Assembly: GCA_040509415.1 (NCBI GenBank)
Contig: JBEVLC010000286.1
Span: forward strand, 1 to 63,270
Direction of reading: 5' to 3'
Length of the DNA: 63,270 nucleotides
Source of the DNA: Baekduia sp.
GTDB lineage: Bacteria > Actinomycetota > Thermoleophilia > Solirubrobacterales > Solirubrobacteraceae
Positions within the stretch are counted from its first letter, which is position 1; each line of letters begins with the position of its first letter. Position numbers and translations under genes: made by a program. Positions 9,741 through 18,839 of this stretch are shown piece by piece. A model generated the notes under the pieces. The model did no database searches. It was not told where the DNA came from and saw only the letters and a list, made by a program, of their open reading frames with translations.

Positions 9741-10457
9741 ATGACCTCACACATCAGCCTGGAGCAGATCGACCGCAGCGGGGCACTACGCGAGTTGGCC
9801 GACGAGGCCGGCGCGCTGGACATGGATGGCACGCGACGCGACATGCTGCGCCGCAGTGGCATCGCCGGCGCCGGCTTCGTCGCCGGCGGCGTCCTCTTCA
9901 ACGGCATGCTGTCGCCCGCCCAGGCGGCTGGCATCACGTTCTCCACCAAGAAGAAGTCAGCGGCCAACGACGTCAAGATCGCCAACTACGCGCTGACGCT
10001 CGAGTACCTCGAGGCGGCGTTCTACAAGGCCGCGGTCGAGGGCGGGGCGATCACCGACCCCGACGCGCTGGACTTCGCCAAGACGGTCGCCGCCCACGAG
10101 GCCGCACACGTCGCCGCCCTGAAGAAGGCGCTCGGCAAGGCCGCGGTCAAGTCGCCGACGTTCGACTTCGGCGCCGCCGTCACCAACCAGGCGACCTTCC
10201 TGAAGACCGCCGCGACGGTCGAGCCCGTCGGCGTGTCGGCATACGCAGGTGCCGGCCCTTCGATCAAGCAGCTGCCGATCCTCACGGCCGCCCTGGCCAT
10301 CCACTCCGTCGAGGCCGAACACGCCGCCTGGGTCGCGGCGCTGTTGAAGTACAAGTTCGGCGGCACCGACTCCCCCGCCCCCAACAGCTTCAACCCGGCC
10401 CGCAGCGAGAAGGCCGTGCTGAAGATCGTGACGGGGACGGGCTTCATCAAGTCCTAG
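9741..10457 (+). CDS. Tat-exported ferritin-like domain protein
   Basis: TRRDML twin-arginine signal ending AQA; ALTLEYLEAAFY, HEAAHV and VEAEH di-iron motifs. Confidence 0.85.
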   Translation: MTSHISLEQIDRSGALRELADEAGALDMDGTRRDMLRRSGIAGAGFVAGGVLFNGMLSPAQAAGITFSTKKKSAANDVKIANYALTLEYLEAAFYKAAVEGGAITDPDALDFAKTVAAHEAAHVAALKKALGKAAVKSPTFDFGAAVTNQATFLKTAATVEPVGVSAYAGAGPSIKQLPILTAALAIHSVEAEHAAWVAALLKYKFGGTDSPAPNSFNPARSEKAVLKIVTGTGFIKS

Positions 10458-10541
10458 CGCTTCCCCCATCGCTCTCCTGCCGCACCGCGTCGCCGACGGC
10501 CGCCTTGGGCGGCCGTCGTGTGTTGGGCTACCGTTGACCAC

Positions 10542-10961
10542 GTGGACGGCGCTTTCGCGCACCGACTCATCAGGGCCAGCGATCTCAAGCGCCAGCGCGG
10601 CTGGACCGACACGCTCCTCGCCACGTTGCTCGGCGCGCCTGACGCGCTGTCGCCCAACCCGCACGGCTGGCGCGTGCCGATGCGCTGGTACCGCGAGGAC
10701 CGCGTCCTGGATGCCGAGGCCACGACCGCCTTCCAGCACCGCGCCGAGCGCCTGAGCCCACCCCACGCCTGGCGCCGCACGCTGCCGACCCGCTCGTGGT
10801 CGCCCGGCGAGGTGGAGCACCTCGAGTGGCTCGACGACCCGCGCCGCATCGCGCTCTTCCATACCCCGCGCCAACCGCGGGTCCGGCGCCGGCGCAGACC
10901 GCCGCCCGTGCCAGCGCCCGCGCCGGCCGGCATGCGCTGGGAAGTGCTGCGCCTCTTCTGA
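10542..10961 (+). CDS. Hypothetical protein, possible DNA-binding domain
   Basis: LKRQRGWTDTLLATLLGAPD...PNPH...PMRWY; TACCGT 7 nt before GTG 10542. Confidence 0.55.
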   Translation: MDGAFAHRLIRASDLKRQRGWTDTLLATLLGAPDALSPNPHGWRVPMRWYREDRVLDAEATTAFQHRAERLSPPHAWRRTLPTRSWSPGEVEHLEWLDDPRRIALFHTPRQPRVRRRRRPPPVPAPAPAGMRWEVLRLF

Positions 10962-10964
10962 GGA

Positions 10965-11037
10965 TGGGCCGGGGAGGAGTCGAACCTCCATCTGATGGGT
11001 TATGAGCCCACTGCTCTGCCATTTGAGCTACCGGCCC
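10965..11037 (-). tRNA. tRNA with CAT anticodon, probably tRNA-Ile2 (lysidine) rather than Met
   Basis: Cloverleaf: GGGCCGG/CCGGCCC acceptor stem, TAGCTCA, anticodon loop CTCATAA, GGTTCGACTCC T-arm, discriminator A, no encoded CCA. Confidence 0.9.
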
Positions 11038-11104
11038 GTCAGGCGCGATCTTAATGGGGACACGGCGGGTAGGCACGACACTGTGCCTCCGAGCCTCACC
11101 TGTC

Positions 11105-11512
11105 ATGGATGACGACATCCACGCCCTGCTGACCACGACGCGGACCTGGGCGGTGGTCGGGTGCTCACCGGATCCGGGGCGCGACTCGCACCGGATCGCC
11201 GCGATGCTCCAGCAGCGGGGCTTCACGATCGTGCCGGTCAACCCGAGCGCGTCAGAGATCCTCGGCGAGCGGTGCTACCCCACGGTCTCAGCCATCCCGC
11301 CAGAGCTCCACGTCGAGGTCGTCGACGTCTTCCGGCGCTCTGAGGCGGCCGGCGCCCACGTCGACGAGGCGATCGCTATTGGCGCCAAGGGCGTCTGGCT
11401 CCAGCTTGGGGTGATCGACGTCGAGGCGGCCAAGCGCGCCCGGCATGCCGGGCTGCGCGTCGTCATGGACCGCTGCCCGGCGATCGAGCTGCCGCGCCTG
11501 GCGACCGGCTGA
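11105..11512 (+). CDS. CoA-binding protein (YccU-like)
   Basis: AVVGCS, PVNP, VDVFRRS, WLQLGV and VVMDRC. Confidence 0.92.
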   Translation: MDDDIHALLTTTRTWAVVGCSPDPGRDSHRIAAMLQQRGFTIVPVNPSASEILGERCYPTVSAIPPELHVEVVDVFRRSEAAGAHVDEAIAIGAKGVWLQLGVIDVEAAKRARHAGLRVVMDRCPAIELPRLATG

Positions 11513-11515
11513 GCC

Positions 11516-12535
11516 TCAGCCGGCCGCCTGCGCCTTGGCGACCGCGCGCTCCAGCTCGCCTGCCGAGAACGCGCCCTCAAAGCGCGTCGAGACGATGCCG
11601 CTGCGGTCGATCACGAAGGTCCAAGGCTCGGTCTGCAGCCTGTAGGTCTGCAGCTGCTTGCGCAGGCCCTTGTTGATCTCGTTGTCCTCGTAGACCTCTT
11701 GGTGGATGAACGACACCTTGTCGCCCACCTTGGCCTGGACCTCGTCGACGACGTCGACGACCGGGCCGCAGACACGGCTCTGACAGAGCTGCGGGGTCGC
11801 GAACGTGATGACCACGGGCTTCTTGCCGACGACGTCGGCGAAGTCGTCCTTGAGCAACGACGGCGCCGGCGGGATGCGCGTGTCGATCTTCGCCACGTCG
11901 CCCGCGACGTCGGCGGGCGTGAGCGTGTGGATCACCGGCGCCTTCTCGCCCACGGCGGGCGGCGTGATCTTCCTGCCGCCGACCTGGATCGAGATCGGGC
12001 TGGTGGCAACGAGCCGCCCGTCGAGCTGCGCGATCGCGAGCATCGCGAGCTTCCCGTTGCGCTTGAACGGCACATCGGCCACGTAGACCGCGCGTGCCGA
12101 GTCCGGATCGGTCGCCGTCTGCTTGCTCTCGAACTGCGGGGAGACCTTCAACGACTCGCTGCGAGCGGTGTACGGGCCGTGCGCGGCGGAGCCATCGGTG
12201 TTGCCGATGTACAGCGCCACATCGGCGCCCGAGAGCTGCTTGCCCGCCGTGTCGAAGAGGGCGAAGCCGACGCGGTTGGTGCCCTTGTCGAGCACCGAGA
12301 CGCTCGGCGCGAGCACGGGGCCGCTCGGCAGGTTGCCGATGATGTCGGGCAGCGTGCGGCCTTGGGTCGGAGGGAACTTCTCGCGCTTGGCCGCCGGCTC
12401 GGGCTGCGCGGGGGTGTTGGCGTTCGAGTCGCCGCCGTCATCGCCTGAGCCACAGCCCGCGACCGCGGCCAGCGGCACAGACAAGGCGAGCAACAGCAGG
12501 AGCAGGCGGGAGAAGAACCGCGTCACGCGAGGCAT
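11516..12535 (-). CDS. Lipoprotein with C-terminal thioredoxin-like fold
   Basis: Lipobox VAGC; FATPQLCQSRVCGP; TEPWTFVID. Confidence 0.7.
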   Translation of the reverse strand: MPRVTRFFSRLLLLLLALSVPLAAVAGCGSGDDGGDSNANTPAQPEPAAKREKFPPTQGRTLPDIIGNLPSGPVLAPSVSVLDKGTNRVGFALFDTAGKQLSGADVALYIGNTDGSAAHGPYTARSESLKVSPQFESKQTATDPDSARAVYVADVPFKRNGKLAMLAIAQLDGRLVATSPISIQVGGRKITPPAVGEKAPVIHTLTPADVAGDVAKIDTRIPPAPSLLKDDFADVVGKKPVVITFATPQLCQSRVCGPVVDVVDEVQAKVGDKVSFIHQEVYEDNEINKGLRKQLQTYRLQTEPWTFVIDRSGIVSTRFEGAFSAGELERAVAKAQAAG

Positions 12536-12596
12536 AGGCGCCGGGAAGGCTAGTGGGCTGATTGGATACCACGCGTCGGAGTCGTGTTAAGCGGAG

Positions 12597-13331
12597 ATGG
12601 AGGAGCGAGCCGTGTCGGAGCAGCGTGCAGCGATCGTGACCGGAGCATCAAGCGGGATCGGGCTGGCGATCGCCGACGTCCTCGGTCAGGAGGGCTATGC
12701 GCTGACCATCGCCGCGCGCCGCCCGGAGAAGCTCGAAGCCGCCGCGGCCGGCCTGCGCGAGAAGGGCTATGACGTCGAGACCGTCGCCGGCCCGCTCGGC
12801 GACGAGGAGGGCGTCAAGGCCGTCGTCGCCGCCCATCGCGAGCGCTTCGGACGGCTTGACGTCCTGGTCAACAACGCGGGCGTCGGTATCGGCGCGCAGG
12901 TCGCCGAGATCGACACCAAGAAGCTCGACATGCAGCTCGGCGTCAACCTGCGCTCGATCATCCTGTTCTACCGCGAGACCGTCGACCTCCTGCGCGCCGC
13001 GGCCAAGGAGCACGGCACGGCGCTGGTGATCAACACGGCCTCGATCGCCGGCAAGCGCGGCCAGCCGTGGCTGTCGGTCTACTCGGCGACCAAGGGCGCG
13101 GTCGTGAACTTCACCGAGGCCATGCACAAGGAGCTGTCGGGCGAGGGGATCAAGTCCACCGCCTTGTGCCCGGGCTTCGTCGACACCCCGATGACGGAGT
13201 TCGTCAAGCAGACCGTCGCGGCCACCGACATGATCACGCCCGACGACATCGCCGAAGCGGTGCGGCTGCTGCTCAAGCTCTCCCCCGCCTGCATCATCCC
13301 CGAGATCCAGTTCATCCGGCCTGGGGACTGA
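12597..13331 (+). CDS. SDR family oxidoreductase
   Basis: TGASSGIG, NNAG and YSATK. Confidence 0.93.
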   Translation: MEERAVSEQRAAIVTGASSGIGLAIADVLGQEGYALTIAARRPEKLEAAAAGLREKGYDVETVAGPLGDEEGVKAVVAAHRERFGRLDVLVNNAGVGIGAQVAEIDTKKLDMQLGVNLRSIILFYRETVDLLRAAAKEHGTALVINTASIAGKRGQPWLSVYSATKGAVVNFTEAMHKELSGEGIKSTALCPGFVDTPMTEFVKQTVAATDMITPDDIAEAVRLLLKLSPACIIPEIQFIRPGD

Positions 13332-13340
13332 CGCGCGGTT

Positions 13341-13811
13341 TCAGCGCTTGACGAGCTGGCGGCGGCGCTCGGCCTCGCTGAGCGCGCGCTCGGCGTCGGC
13401 CTCGGCGCGACGGTCGGTCAGCCAGCCGCGACCGATGCGGCGCGCTTCACGCGAGCGGCGGTCGCGGGCGATCGACTGGTGCTCGGCGATCGCGGCGCCG
13501 AGATCGGCCTCGCTCAGGATCGACGCCTGGAGCTGGTCTTCGAGCACGCGCAGCTCGCGGGCCGATGCGCGACGCGCCCGCTTGGCGCCCGAGAAGCGAT
13601 CCCACGCGTGCGCGAACGACACGAAGCTCGTGCGACCGCCATGGCGGTGGGCGGCGAGCATCGGGCAGACCCCGCCGGCCCGGTCGCTGTAGGCGCCGAC
13701 GATGATCTCGTTGGCGCGGATGCCCTCCAGCATCGCCTCGCGCGTGCGCAGGGGCAGGCAGTCGATGGCCAGGCGCAAGTCGTCGATCGGCGTGTGCGTT
13801 CGGGCTCGCAT
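13341..13811 (-). CDS. Hypothetical protein
   Basis: Good codon bias; fills the gap between the SDR and LLM genes; GVCPMLAAHRHGGR motif. Confidence 0.65.
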   Translation of the reverse strand: MRARTHTPIDDLRLAIDCLPLRTREAMLEGIRANEIIVGAYSDRAGGVCPMLAAHRHGGRTSFVSFAHAWDRFSGAKRARRASARELRVLEDQLQASILSEADLGAAIAEHQSIARDRRSREARRIGRGWLTDRRAEADAERALSEAERRRQLVKR

Positions 13812-13888
13812 AAGGTGTGCGGCCCTCAGGCTACGCCCTGGCGCTCGCGACGCCAAGGCGATGTCCTCCTGTTGAAAGGAACGTTGCA

Positions 13889-14935
13889 ATGAAGCTGGGT
13901 GTCCACATCGGCTACTGGGGTCTCGGGCTGACGAGCGCCGACCAGCTCTCGATCGTCCAGGAGGCCGAGCGGCTCGGCTACGACAGCGTCTGGACCGCTG
14001 AGGCCTACGGCTCTGACGCCGCGACGATCCTGTCCTGGCTCGCCGGCCAGACCACGACGATCAAGCTTGGCTCGGGGATCTTCCAGATGCCCGGACGCAG
14101 CGCGGCGATGACGGCGATGACCGCCGCGACCATCGACCAGCTCTCCGACGGCCGCATGCTGCTGGGGATCGGCTCGTCGGGCCCGCAGGTCTCCGAGGGC
14201 TGGCACGGCGTGCGCTTCGGCAAGCAGATCCAGCGCACCCGCGAGTACATCGAGGTGCTGCGGATGGCGCTGGCGCGCGAGCGCCTGGAGTACCACGGCG
14301 AGACGATCGACCTCCCGCTTCCCGACGGGCCGGGCAAGGCGCTGAAGCTGACGATCGCGCCCGTGCAGGAGCGGATGCCGATTTACCTCGCGGCGATCGG
14401 GCCCAAGAACACCGCCTTGGCCGGCGAGATGGCCGACGGCTGGATGCCGACGCTGCTCTCCCCCGAGCACCTGCCGATGCTACGGGCCAACCTGGAGGAG
14501 GGCGCGGCCCGCGCGGGCCGATCACTCGACGGCTTCGACATCGCGCCGACGGTCAACGTGAACATCACCGAGGACGACGTCGACGGCGCGCGCGACGCGA
14601 TGCGCCCGTTCATGGCCTTGTACATCGGCGGCATGGGCTCGCGCGAGAAGAACTTCTACAACACGCTCGTGCAGCGCTACGGGTTCGAGGACGCGGCCAA
14701 GAAGGTCCAGGACTTGTATCTGGAGGGTCGCAAGGAGGAAGCTGCCGCCGCGCTGCCGACCGAGCTGATCGACCTGGTGTCCTTGGTCGGGCCGGCCGAT
14801 CGCGTCCGCGAGCGGCTGCGCGCCTACGCCGACGCGGGCGTCGGGACGCTCGGCGTCTCCCCGATGGCGTGGACGCGCGACGAGCGCATCAAGCAGCTGC
14901 GGCTGGTCGCCGAGCTGGCGGAGGACGTGGTCTGA
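13889..14935 (+). CDS. LLM-class (F420-dependent-type) oxidoreductase
   Basis: AERLGYDSVWTAEAYGSD, LSDGR, SGPQVSEGWHG; RBS AAAGGA. Confidence 0.92.
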   Translation: MKLGVHIGYWGLGLTSADQLSIVQEAERLGYDSVWTAEAYGSDAATILSWLAGQTTTIKLGSGIFQMPGRSAAMTAMTAATIDQLSDGRMLLGIGSSGPQVSEGWHGVRFGKQIQRTREYIEVLRMALARERLEYHGETIDLPLPDGPGKALKLTIAPVQERMPIYLAAIGPKNTALAGEMADGWMPTLLSPEHLPMLRANLEEGAARAGRSLDGFDIAPTVNVNITEDDVDGARDAMRPFMALYIGGMGSREKNFYNTLVQRYGFEDAAKKVQDLYLEGRKEEAAAALPTELIDLVSLVGPADRVRERLRAYADAGVGTLGVSPMAWTRDERIKQLRLVAELAEDVV

Positions 14936-16131
14936 GGGCGCTGCTGGGCGCGTTCGGGGACGCGGGCCACGCGTTCCCGATCATCGCCCTGGGCCGGGCG
15001 CTGCGGGCGCGTGGCCATGATGTGGTGGTCGAGACCTGGACGCGCTGGCAGGCCGACATCGAGCGCGAGGGACTGCGCTTCGCTCCGGCGCCGGAGTACC
15101 ACGTCTTCCCCACGCTGGAGCGCCCGCTGAAGCCGTATGAGGCGGTGCGACGAGCGACCTCGGTGACGCGCGAGCTGGTGCGCGCCGAGCGCCCGGACGT
15201 CGTCGTCAGCGACATCCTGACGCTCGCCCCGATGCTCGCCGCCGAGCTGGAGGGCGTGCCGTGCGCGACGGTGATCCCGCACGTGGACCCTCGAGGCGCA
15301 CCCGGGTTCCCCGTGTACTCGGTGGGCGCGCGGCTGCCGCGAACGGCGCTCGGGCGCCGGATGTGGGACGCGTTCGATCCGCTGGTCGCGCGCGGGCTGG
15401 AGCTGGGGCGGGTGGAGCTCAACGAGACGCGTGCGCGGCTCGGGTTGGGGCCGCTCGATCACGTCCACGGCGGGATCTCGCGCGAGCTGGCGCTGGTCGC
15501 GACGTTCCCGCAGCTCGAGTACCCGCGGCCGGATGGGCCCGAGCCCGCGACGCACGTGGTGGGGCCGCTGCAGTGGGAGCCACCGTTCGGCGACGTCGAG
15601 CTGCCTGCGGGCGATCCGTCGTGGCCGCTGGTCCTGGTGGCGCCGTCGACCGCACAGGACCGCGAAGGCGTGATGCTGCGCGCCGCGCTCGCGGGCCTTG
15701 CCGAGCTTCCCGTCCGCGTCCTCGCCTCGACCAACAAGCGCGGCGAGACGCACGGCTTCGACGTGCCGGCCAACGCCCGGCTTGTCGACTGGGTCTCCTA
15801 CTCGCGCACGATGCCCCACTGCGACGTCGTCGTCTGCCACGCCGGCCACGGCACCCTGATGCGCGCGCTGACCTCCGGCTGCGCCGTCGTCGCCTGCCCC
15901 GCCGCGGGCGACATGAACGAGAACGCGGCACGCGTCGCCTGGGCCGGCGCCGGCGTCCGCCTCCCCCGCCGCCTCATCAGCGCCCGCGGCCTCCGCCTCG
16001 CCGTCCAGCGCGCCCTCGCCGACGACCGCCTGCGCGCACGCTCACGCGAGCTGGCGGCCTGGGCCGCCGCACGCGATCCGGCGGATCGGGCGGCGGAGCT
16101 GGTGGAAGGACTCGTCCGAGACACGAACTAG
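14932..16131 (+). CDS. GT1 (MGT-like) glycosyltransferase, probable CTG start
   Basis: GAFGDAGHAFP, RPDVVVSD, HAGHGT; GGAGG then CTG overlapping the upstream TGA. Confidence 0.85.
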   Translation: MRALLGAFGDAGHAFPIIALGRALRARGHDVVVETWTRWQADIEREGLRFAPAPEYHVFPTLERPLKPYEAVRRATSVTRELVRAERPDVVVSDILTLAPMLAAELEGVPCATVIPHVDPRGAPGFPVYSVGARLPRTALGRRMWDAFDPLVARGLELGRVELNETRARLGLGPLDHVHGGISRELALVATFPQLEYPRPDGPEPATHVVGPLQWEPPFGDVELPAGDPSWPLVLVAPSTAQDREGVMLRAALAGLAELPVRVLASTNKRGETHGFDVPANARLVDWVSYSRTMPHCDVVVCHAGHGTLMRALTSGCAVVACPAAGDMNENAARVAWAGAGVRLPRRLISARGLRLAVQRALADDRLRARSRELAAWAAARDPADRAAELVEGLVRDTN

Positions 16132-16140
16132 TGTTCGTGT
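16121..16140. promoter_or_regulatory. LexA SOS box overlapping the -10 (TAGTGT) of the HNH gene
   Basis: ACACGAAC-TAGT-GTTCGTGT matches CGAAC-N4-GTTCG; the same core precedes recN. Confidence 0.8.
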
Positions 16141-16141
16141 C

Positions 16142-16870
16142 GTGGAACGGGAGTGGCTGGCACGGAAGCTGGAGGCAGGAGCGTCATACGAGGCGGTCGC
16201 GCGCGAGGTCGGATGCTCGCCGTCGAAGGTGTCGTACTGGGCGAGCAAGCACGGGCTGACATCGGCGCATACGACGCGCCATGCGGCACGAGGTCCGATC
16301 GATCCCGACGCCGTCCGTGCACTGGTTGCATCGGGCTCCTCGATCCGGCAGATCGCCGCACAACTCGACCGCAGCCCCACCGCGATTCGACACGTGCTTG
16401 GCCGGCTCGGCCTGCAGACAACCGCTGCGGTGCGACTGGCCGAAGGGGCTGCCGCTCGTGCGGCCGGCGAGTCGGAGCCGATCTTGACCTGTCCGATCCA
16501 CGGACCAACCCGTCACGTCGGCCGTCAAGACGGCTTCCGCTGCGGTTCGTGTCGTTCAGCCCACGTGGCAGAGCGCCGGCGCCGAATCAAGCGCCAGCTG
16601 ATCAAAGAGGCTGGCGGAGCCTGTGGTCTGTGCGGCTATGACCGGTATCCAGGTGCTCTGCAGTTCCACCACCTCGACCCGGCGTCGAAGGTCTTCGAGA
16701 TCAGTGGCCGAGGCGTGACTCGCTCACTGGACGCGGCCCGAGCAGAAGCTCGAAAGTGCGTGCTGTTGTGCGCGAACTGTCACGCTGAAGTCGAACGCGG
16801 CTTCGCCGATGTTCCCGTAAGATCAGAAGAGTCCGGCTTGCCGGGTAGCGCAGTGCCCGATCCGGGGTAG
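16142..16870 (+). CDS. Tandem HTH + Zn ribbon + HNH endonuclease
   Basis: Two HTH repeats; CPIHG...CGSC; CGLCGY...LQFHHLDP...KCVLLCANCH; many A/T-ending codons; stop codon inside tRNA-Asn. Confidence 0.88.
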   Translation: MEREWLARKLEAGASYEAVAREVGCSPSKVSYWASKHGLTSAHTTRHAARGPIDPDAVRALVASGSSIRQIAAQLDRSPTAIRHVLGRLGLQTTAAVRLAEGAAARAAGESEPILTCPIHGPTRHVGRQDGFRCGSCRSAHVAERRRRIKRQLIKEAGGACGLCGYDRYPGALQFHHLDPASKVFEISGRGVTRSLDAARAEARKCVLLCANCHAEVERGFADVPVRSEESGLPGSAVPDPG

Positions 16871-16934
16871 CTCAATCAGGCAGAGCATTCGACTGTTAAT
16901 CGAAGGGTTGTGGGTTCGAGTCCCACCCCCGGAG
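16861..16934 (+). tRNA. tRNA-Asn (GTT)
   Basis: TCCGGGG/CCCCGGA acceptor stem, anticodon loop CTGTTAA, GGTTCGAGTCC T-arm, discriminator G. Confidence 0.95.
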
Positions 16935-16938
16935 CTTC

Positions 16939-16967
16939 CGAAGCCCGCCCGTAGAGGGCGGGTTTCG
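16939..16967. terminator. Intrinsic terminator between convergent tRNA-Asn and dnaG
   Basis: CGAAGCCCGCCC-GTAGA-GGGCGGGTTTCG hairpin. Confidence 0.8.
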
Positions 16968-16973
16968 TCGTTC

Positions 16974-18815
16974 TCAGGCGGTCGGTGCGGTCTCGTCCAT
17001 CGCCTGGGCGATGAGGGCGTTGCGGCGCTCCTCGAGGATGTCGCGGCGGGCGCGCAGGCCCGCGACACCGCCGCGGCCCGCGGCCTTGGCGGCCTCGATC
17101 TCACGGTCGATGCGCAGGAGCTCGATGTTGGCGAGCTGGCCCTGGAGGGCGGCACGGGACGGCGCGAGGTCGGCGGCGCGATGGACGAGCTCGGCGATCG
17201 CTCCGACGAGCATTTGGTCGTCGTCCGGGATGCCGTCCTGAGGTGCGTGGACGTGCTCGCGGACATGGGCGAGGACGCGGCGCATCGGGTCGTTGCTGAA
17301 CGCGGCGTCGTCGAGGTTGACGAGGATCTCGGCAGCGTCGTCGGGCATCGCGATGCACTGGGCCAGGAAGTCGCGCTCGGCGCGCGCGAGCGGACTCGGG
17401 CCGCCCGGACGCCGAAGGGACGACGGCTCCTCCATCCGGCGGCGCGGCGCGCCGGTCCCGCGGCCCTGGCCCCCGCCCCCGCCACCGGCGCCCATGCCCG
17501 GCAGTCGTTCACCCGCCACCGGCAACCACGAGGAGACCATCGACGGCGGCAGGTCCACCACATCGGCCACGTGCGCGAGGAGCTCCTCGCGCAGCGCGCT
17601 GGGCGGCAGGGTCCCGAAGACCGGCTTGAGCGCCGCGATCGCGGAGTCCTTGCCCTCGGCCTGCGTCAGATCCGCGCGCTCGAGCTCGCGCTCGACCTGA
17701 AACTTCACGAACGGCATCGAGCGCTCGACCAGCGCGCGCGTCGCATCGGCCCCCTGCTGCTGGACGACGTCGGCCGGGTCGAGCCCCTTGGGCAGCGGCA
17801 CGACGCGCAGCGAGAGCGACGAGGAGGCCGCGACGCGCTGCGCGCGCAGCATCGCCTCCTGGCCGGCGGCGTCGGCGTCCAGTGCCAGCAGCACGGTCTT
17901 GGCGAGCTTGGCCAGCTCACCGACCTGCTTGTCGGTCAGCGACGTCCCCATCACGCCGACGACGTTCCTCATCCCTGCCTGGTGCAAGGCCAAGACGTCC
18001 ATGTAGCCCTCAGCCGCGATCACCTCGTCGGCCTTGGCCGCCGCGACGCGGGCGTGGTGGGCGCCGTAGACGATGTCGCCCTTGTGGAAGATCTCGCCGT
18101 CGGGCGAGTTGAGGTACTTGGGTTGCTGGTCGGCGCCCAGCGCGCGCGCCCCGAACCCGAGCACACGCCCGCGCATGTCCTGCAGCGGGAACATGATCCG
18201 GCGGCGGAAGCGGTCATACAGCCGCCCTTCGGTCTTGCCGCCGCGCGTAGCCAGCCCGGCGTCGAACATCTCCTTGTGGGTGTAGTTGCCCGCGCGAGCA
18301 GCCTGCATCAGCTTGTCCCACGTGCTCGGCGCGTAGCCCACCCGGAACGTCTTGAGCGTCTCCTCGGTCAGCCCGCGCTCCAGCAGGTAGGCGCGAGCGG
18401 GCGCGGCCTCGGCCGAGTCCCACAGATAGCGCTCGTAGAAGACCGCCGCGCGCTCCAGCAGCTCCATCAGCCGCTCACGCGCCATGCGCCGCTCGGCCGC
18501 CTGCGGGTCCTCGTCCTCGACGGTCAGCTCGATGCCGACCCGCCGCGCCAGCGACTCCAAGGCGCCGGTGAAGTCCAGGCCCTCGGTCTCCATCACGAAC
18601 TTGTACGCGTCGCCACCCACACCGCAGCCGAAGCAGTGGTAGAGGCCCTTGCCGGTGTCGACGCTGAACGACGGCGACCGCTCCTCGTGAAACGGGCAGC
18701 GGCCCATGTAGCGCCCGGGGCCGGCGCGGCGCAGCTCGGTGCGCGTCGAGACGAGGTCGATCAGGTCGACCGCCTCGCGGACCTTCTCCTTGTCGCTGTC
18801 GGCGTAGCGGGGCAT
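16974..18815 (-). CDS. dnaG: DNA primase
   Basis: CPFHEERSPSF...CFGC zinc domain, RFRRRIMFP, KYLNSP, EGYMDV, D.D.AG. Confidence 0.98.
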   Translation of the reverse strand: MPRYADSDKEKVREAVDLIDLVSTRTELRRAGPGRYMGRCPFHEERSPSFSVDTGKGLYHCFGCGVGGDAYKFVMETEGLDFTGALESLARRVGIELTVEDEDPQAAERRMARERLMELLERAAVFYERYLWDSAEAAPARAYLLERGLTEETLKTFRVGYAPSTWDKLMQAARAGNYTHKEMFDAGLATRGGKTEGRLYDRFRRRIMFPLQDMRGRVLGFGARALGADQQPKYLNSPDGEIFHKGDIVYGAHHARVAAAKADEVIAAEGYMDVLALHQAGMRNVVGVMGTSLTDKQVGELAKLAKTVLLALDADAAGQEAMLRAQRVAASSSLSLRVVPLPKGLDPADVVQQQGADATRALVERSMPFVKFQVERELERADLTQAEGKDSAIAALKPVFGTLPPSALREELLAHVADVVDLPPSMVSSWLPVAGERLPGMGAGGGGGGQGRGTGAPRRRMEEPSSLRRPGGPSPLARAERDFLAQCIAMPDDAAEILVNLDDAAFSNDPMRRVLAHVREHVHAPQDGIPDDDQMLVGAIAELVHRAADLAPSRAALQGQLANIELLRIDREIEAAKAAGRGGVAGLRARRDILEERRNALIAQAMDETAPTA

Positions 18816-18839
18816 CGGGCGGTTACTAGGAGCTTAGGC

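Noticed and set aside
17400-17520. Gly/Arg-rich insert in DnaG (and a similar one in DeaD)
   Set aside because: Ordinary low-complexity inter-domain linkers with no intein motifs.
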